Assembly (NCBI GenBank): GCA_021826025.1
Contig: JAKBBG010000004.1
Coordinates: 22,672-46,671 of the forward strand
Length of the DNA: 24,000 nt
Direction of reading: 5' to 3'
Source: Pseudomonadota bacterium
GTDB lineage: Bacteria > Pseudomonadota > Gammaproteobacteria > Burkholderiales > Ferrovaceae
In this document: one piece after another, positions 20,791 to 24,000 of the stretch
Numbering within the stretch: the stretch's first letter is position 1
Layout of the letters: every line of letters starts with the position of its first letter
Position numbers and translations under genes: made by a program
Notes under the pieces: model-generated
Told to the model about the DNA's origin: nothing
What the model saw: only the letters and a program-made list of their open reading frames with translations
The model's database searches: none

Positions 20791-23700
20791 CCCACGAAGG
20801 CCCGCGCATTGCGGAACATGCGCAGCCAGGGCCCTTCTTCCCCCCACTCCCTGGGGACCCAGGACAACTGGACTGTGCGGAATGCGCGTTCCGGGTGGGG
20901 CATGCAGATCGTGAACCGGCCGTCCGGCGTGGTGAGACCTGCAATGCCTTCAGGCGAGCCGTTCGGATTGAGGGGATAAGCGGACGCCACGGCACCGTGA
21001 CCGTCCACATAGCGCAAGGTCACCAAAGGACGGGCTGCGATCAGGGCATCCCCGTCCGGGAAGCATGCGCGGCCTTCGCCGTGGGCCACCGGGACCGGGA
21101 GGCGGCTGCCTTCCATGCCGTCAAAGAAAATGGAGTTGCTGCGCGCCACTTCCAGCAGCACCACCCGGGCCTCGAACTGTTCGGAACGGTTGCGCACGAA
21201 ACGGGGCCAACGCTCTGCACCGGGAATCAGCTCGGACAGGGCGCTCATCATCTGGCAGCCATTGCACACGCCCAGCGCAAAAACGTCGCCGCGCTCGAAG
21301 AATCGCCCGAATTCGTCGCGTGCCCGGGCGTTGTACAGAATGGATTTGGCCCATCCTTCGCCGGCCCCCAGAACGTCGCCGTAGGAAAAGCCGCCGCAGG
21401 CCACGAATCCTGAAAAATCCTGCAGCGTGACGCGACCTGCAAGGACGTCGCTCATGTGCACGTCAACCGCATCGAAGCCGGCACGATCGAACGCTGCAGC
21501 CATTTCCACTTGCCCGTTCACCCCCTGCTCCCGCAGTACGGCCACGGGGGGGCGCGCCCCGGTTCCGATCATGAACGCGTCCGGAGATTCGGAAGGATCG
21601 AACGTCAGCACCCAGGTCAGTCCGGGATCCGACGCATCGCCGATGCGCGCATGTTCTTCGGCGGCACATTCCGGATTGTCCCGCAAGGCCTGCATGCGGT
21701 AGGTGGTTTCAGACCAGATGCGATGAAGCTCACTGACGGCCCGGTCGAGCACGGTTTCACCCCGGCGCAGGACGAGAAGGCGGTCTTCGCCCGTCACGGC
21801 CCCCAGCACATGCGTGCAGTCACCCAGTCCGACCGCTGCGAAGGCTTTCAAAACGGCATCCCGCTCGCTGCGCGCCACCTGCAAAACGGCGCCCAGCTCT
21901 TCGCTGAACAGCGGTCCGAGAACGTCTGTTCCCCGGGATATCTGGGAAAAGTCGACCGTTGCACCCATGCGGGAGCAGAACAGCATTTCCGCCAGAGCCA
22001 CCAGCAGCCCGCCATCCGAACGATCATGGTAGGCCAGCACCCGGCCTTCCCGGTTGAGTGCCTGGATGATGACAAAAAAGGCACGCAGGTCGTCCGGACG
22101 ATCGAGATCCGGCGCCTCGGCTCCCACCTGTCCATAAACCTGGGCAAGCGCGCTCGCCCCCAGCCTGTTCCTGCCGCGCCCCAGGTCCACGAGAATCAGT
22201 TCCGAACCTTCGGCCACCCATTGCAGTTCCGGCGTGAGGGTGCGCCGGACCGAATCGCAGCGTGCAAAAGCAGACACCACCAGGGACAAAGGAGCTGTCA
22301 CGCTGCGTTCCCCCTGGGGGGATTCCCACACCGTCCGCATGGACAGCGAATCCTTTCCGACGGGGATGCTGATGCCAAGCGCCATGCAAAGTTCGAGCGC
22401 CACCGTCCGCACGGTGTCGAACAGGGCGGCATCTTCCCCTGTCGTACCTGCCGCAGCCATCCAGTTTGCGGACAGCCGAACGTCGCCCAGCCGCTCCACG
22501 GGAGCAGCAGCCAGATTGGTGATCGCTTCGCCCACGGCCATCCGCCCTGATGCCGGAGCCGACAACAACGCTACCGGAGCGCGCTCCCCGATGGCGAACG
22601 CCTCGCCGCCATATCCCACGAAATCCGAGAGCGTCACCGCCACGTCAGCCACAGGAACCTGCCAGCGGCCCACGCACGGATCCCGGGCGCTGAGGCCTCC
22701 CACCGTCCGGTCCCCGATCGTGATCAGGAAAGTCTTGTCTGCAACGCCCGGCAACCGCAGTACCCGTGCCAGTGCAGCGGCAGGATCCGCTTCCGCTGCC
22801 GCGAGGTCCAGGGCTTCGGGAGCCGGAGCGGCACGGACCGCGTCCCGCACCATGCGCGGCGGCTTGCCCAGTAGGGCGGCCAGGTCCATGTCGACCGGCT
22901 TCTCCCCCAAAAGAGGGTCGTCCACACGCAGCGTTTGGTCTGCCGTGGCTTCGCCGACGATGGCATAGGGGCATCGTTCGCGCTCGCAAATGGCTTCGAA
23001 ACGGGCGCGGCTTTCAGGGCGGATCGCCAGCACGTAGCGCTCCTGGGATTCGTTGCTCCAGATTTCCCGGGGAGACATGCCCGGCTCTTCGGAAGGAATC
23101 CTGCGCAAGTCAAAACGGCCGCCGACGCCCCCGTCGTGGGCCAGTTCCGGAAACGCGTTGGACAGCCCGCCGGCACCTACGTCGTGGATCGCAAGAATCG
23201 GGTTTTCCTCCCCCAATTGCCAGCAGCGGTCGATGACTTCCTGGGCCCGCCGCTGCATTTCGGGATTGGCACGCTGGACCGAATCGAAATCGAGCGCTTC
23301 GGTGTTGTGACCGCTTTGCATGGATGAAGCCGCCCCTCCGCCGAGCCCGATGCGCATCCCGGGACCGCCCAGCTGAACGAACAGGCATCCGGGCGTCAGC
23401 GGCTGCTTGAAGGCATGCCGGGCATCGATGGCGCCGATGCCCCCTGCCAGCATGATGGGCTTATGGTACCCGCGCATCCTTCCCTGGAAAGGCAGTTCAA
23501 ACGTTCGAAAATACCCCGCCAGATTGGGGCGTCCGAATTCGTTGTTGAATGCGGCGCTGCCCAGCGGCCCTTCGGTCATGATGGCGAGAGACGAGGCAAT
23601 CCGGCCGGGCCGGTCACCGGTTCCCGCCTCCCAGGGCTGTTCGAACCCCGGCAAGAGAAGGTTGGAAACTGAAAATCCCGTCAGTCCTGCCTTGGGCTTG

Positions 23701-24000
23701 GCCCCCCTGCCGGTCGCCCCTTCATCGCGAATCTCCCCGCCGCTGCCGGTGGCCGCTCCGGGAAAAGGGGCTATGGCCGTGGGGTGGTTGTGCGTTTCCA
23801 CCTTGGCCAGAAAATGGGTGAGGGATTCCCGGTATTCGTACCGACCGGTGGCAGGGTCGGGGAAAAAGCGCTGCGCGGAAGCCCCTTCGATGATGGCCGC
23901 ATTGTCTGCATAGGCCACCACGGTCCCTTCCGGATGGGCGGCATGAGTCTCCCGGATCATCTGGAACAGGGATTGCGGCTGCTCTGTTCCGTCGATGATC
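20787..24000 (-). CDS. purL: Phosphoribosylformylglycinamidine synthase, single-chain large PurL (partial; N-terminus beyond the window edge)
   Basis: The frame stays open to position 24000: ...[13 protein letters not shown] precedes the track's internal Met, matching the PurL block DGE.Q..SLF.MI+.TH. FGAM synthetase repeats are present. The C-terminal glutamine amidotransferase has the nucleophile GVCNGCQMM and MPHPER. About 1070 aa are visible. Confidence 0.96.
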   Translation of the reverse strand, partial: IIDGTEQPQSLFQMIRETHAAHPEGTVVAYADNAAIIEGASAQRFFPDPATGRYEYRESLTHFLAKVETHNHPTAIAPFPGAATGSGGEIRDEGATGRGAKPKAGLTGFSVSNLLLPGFEQPWEAGTGDRPGRIASSLAIMTEGPLGSAAFNNEFGRPNLAGYFRTFELPFQGRMRGYHKPIMLAGGIGAIDARHAFKQPLTPGCLFVQLGGPGMRIGLGGGAASSMQSGHNTEALDFDSVQRANPEMQRRAQEVIDRCWQLGEENPILAIHDVGAGGLSNAFPELAHDGGVGGRFDLRRIPSEEPGMSPREIWSNESQERYVLAIRPESRARFEAICERERCPYAIVGEATADQTLRVDDPLLGEKPVDMDLAALLGKPPRMVRDAVRAAPAPEALDLAAAEADPAAALARVLRLPGVADKTFLITIGDRTVGGLSARDPCVGRWQVPVADVAVTLSDFVGYGGEAFAIGERAPVALLSAPASGRMAVGEAITNLAAAPVERLGDVRLSANWMAAAGTTGEDAALFDTVRTVALELCMALGISIPVGKDSLSMRTVWESPQGERSVTAPLSLVVSAFARCDSVRRTLTPELQWVAEGSELILVDLGRGRNRLGASALAQVYGQVGAEAPDLDRPDDLRAFFVIIQALNREGRVLAYHDRSDGGLLVALAEMLFCSRMGATVDFSQISRGTDVLGPLFSEELGAVLQVARSERDAVLKAFAAVGLGDCTHVLGAVTGEDRLLVLRRGETVLDRAVSELHRIWSETTYRMQALRDNPECAAEEHARIGDASDPGLTWVLTFDPSESPDAFMIGTGARPPVAVLREQGVNGQVEMAAAFDRAGFDAVDVHMSDVLAGRVTLQDFSGFVACGGFSYGDVLGAGEGWAKSILYNARARDEFGRFFERGDVFALGVCNGCQMMSALSELIPGAERWPRFVRNRSEQFEARVVLLEVARSNSIFFDGMEGSRLPVPVAHGEGRACFPDGDALIAARPLVTLRYVDGHGAVASAYPLNPNGSPEGIAGLTTPDGRFTICMPHPERAFRTVQLSWVPREWGEEGPWLRMFRNARAFVG

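Noticed and set aside
21456-22550. 364-aa plus-strand ORF, plus several 100-250 aa ORFs, antisense to purL
   Set aside because: These are codon-aligned shadow ORFs inside an unambiguous purL reading frame.

Overview
This is a GC-rich, almost gap-free stretch of core genome. Its gene order looks betaproteobacterial (smc-zipA-ligA; dapC-type succinylase DAP operon; yciB-bolA-ppiC). I can support 19 protein-coding genes in five alternating strand blocks. (1) Minus strand: smc-zipA-ligA. (2) Plus strand: queF-dapC-dapD-NRDE-dapE-prmB. (3) Minus strand: trpH-trpS-scpA-scpB-rluB. (4) Plus strand: yciB-bolA-ppiC-glnE. (5) Minus strand: purL, whose 5' end lies beyond the right edge. By my coordinates only about 300 of 24000 nt are non-coding, and most gene junctions are overlaps or gaps of 13 nt or less. 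I saw no tRNA or rRNA gene, CRISPR array, IS/transposase, integrase, phage gene, toxin-antitoxin pair or defence-type gene, and no compositional island. I do not find a convincing undescribed system here; this looks like an ordinary housekeeping region. The points worth a second look are modest. An NRDE/TANGO2-family gene of unknown function sits tightly between dapD and dapE. The long-form TrpRS carries a C-x21-C-x6-C-x2-C motif typical of Fe-S cluster-containing TrpRS. ZipA may contain a second, degenerate ZipA_C-like module. Several start codons need correcting (smc TTG, glnE TTG, NRDE GTG). Two convergent gene pairs overlap, leaving no room for terminators. The many long extra ORFs in the six-frame track are codon-aligned antisense shadows typical of high-GC genomes.
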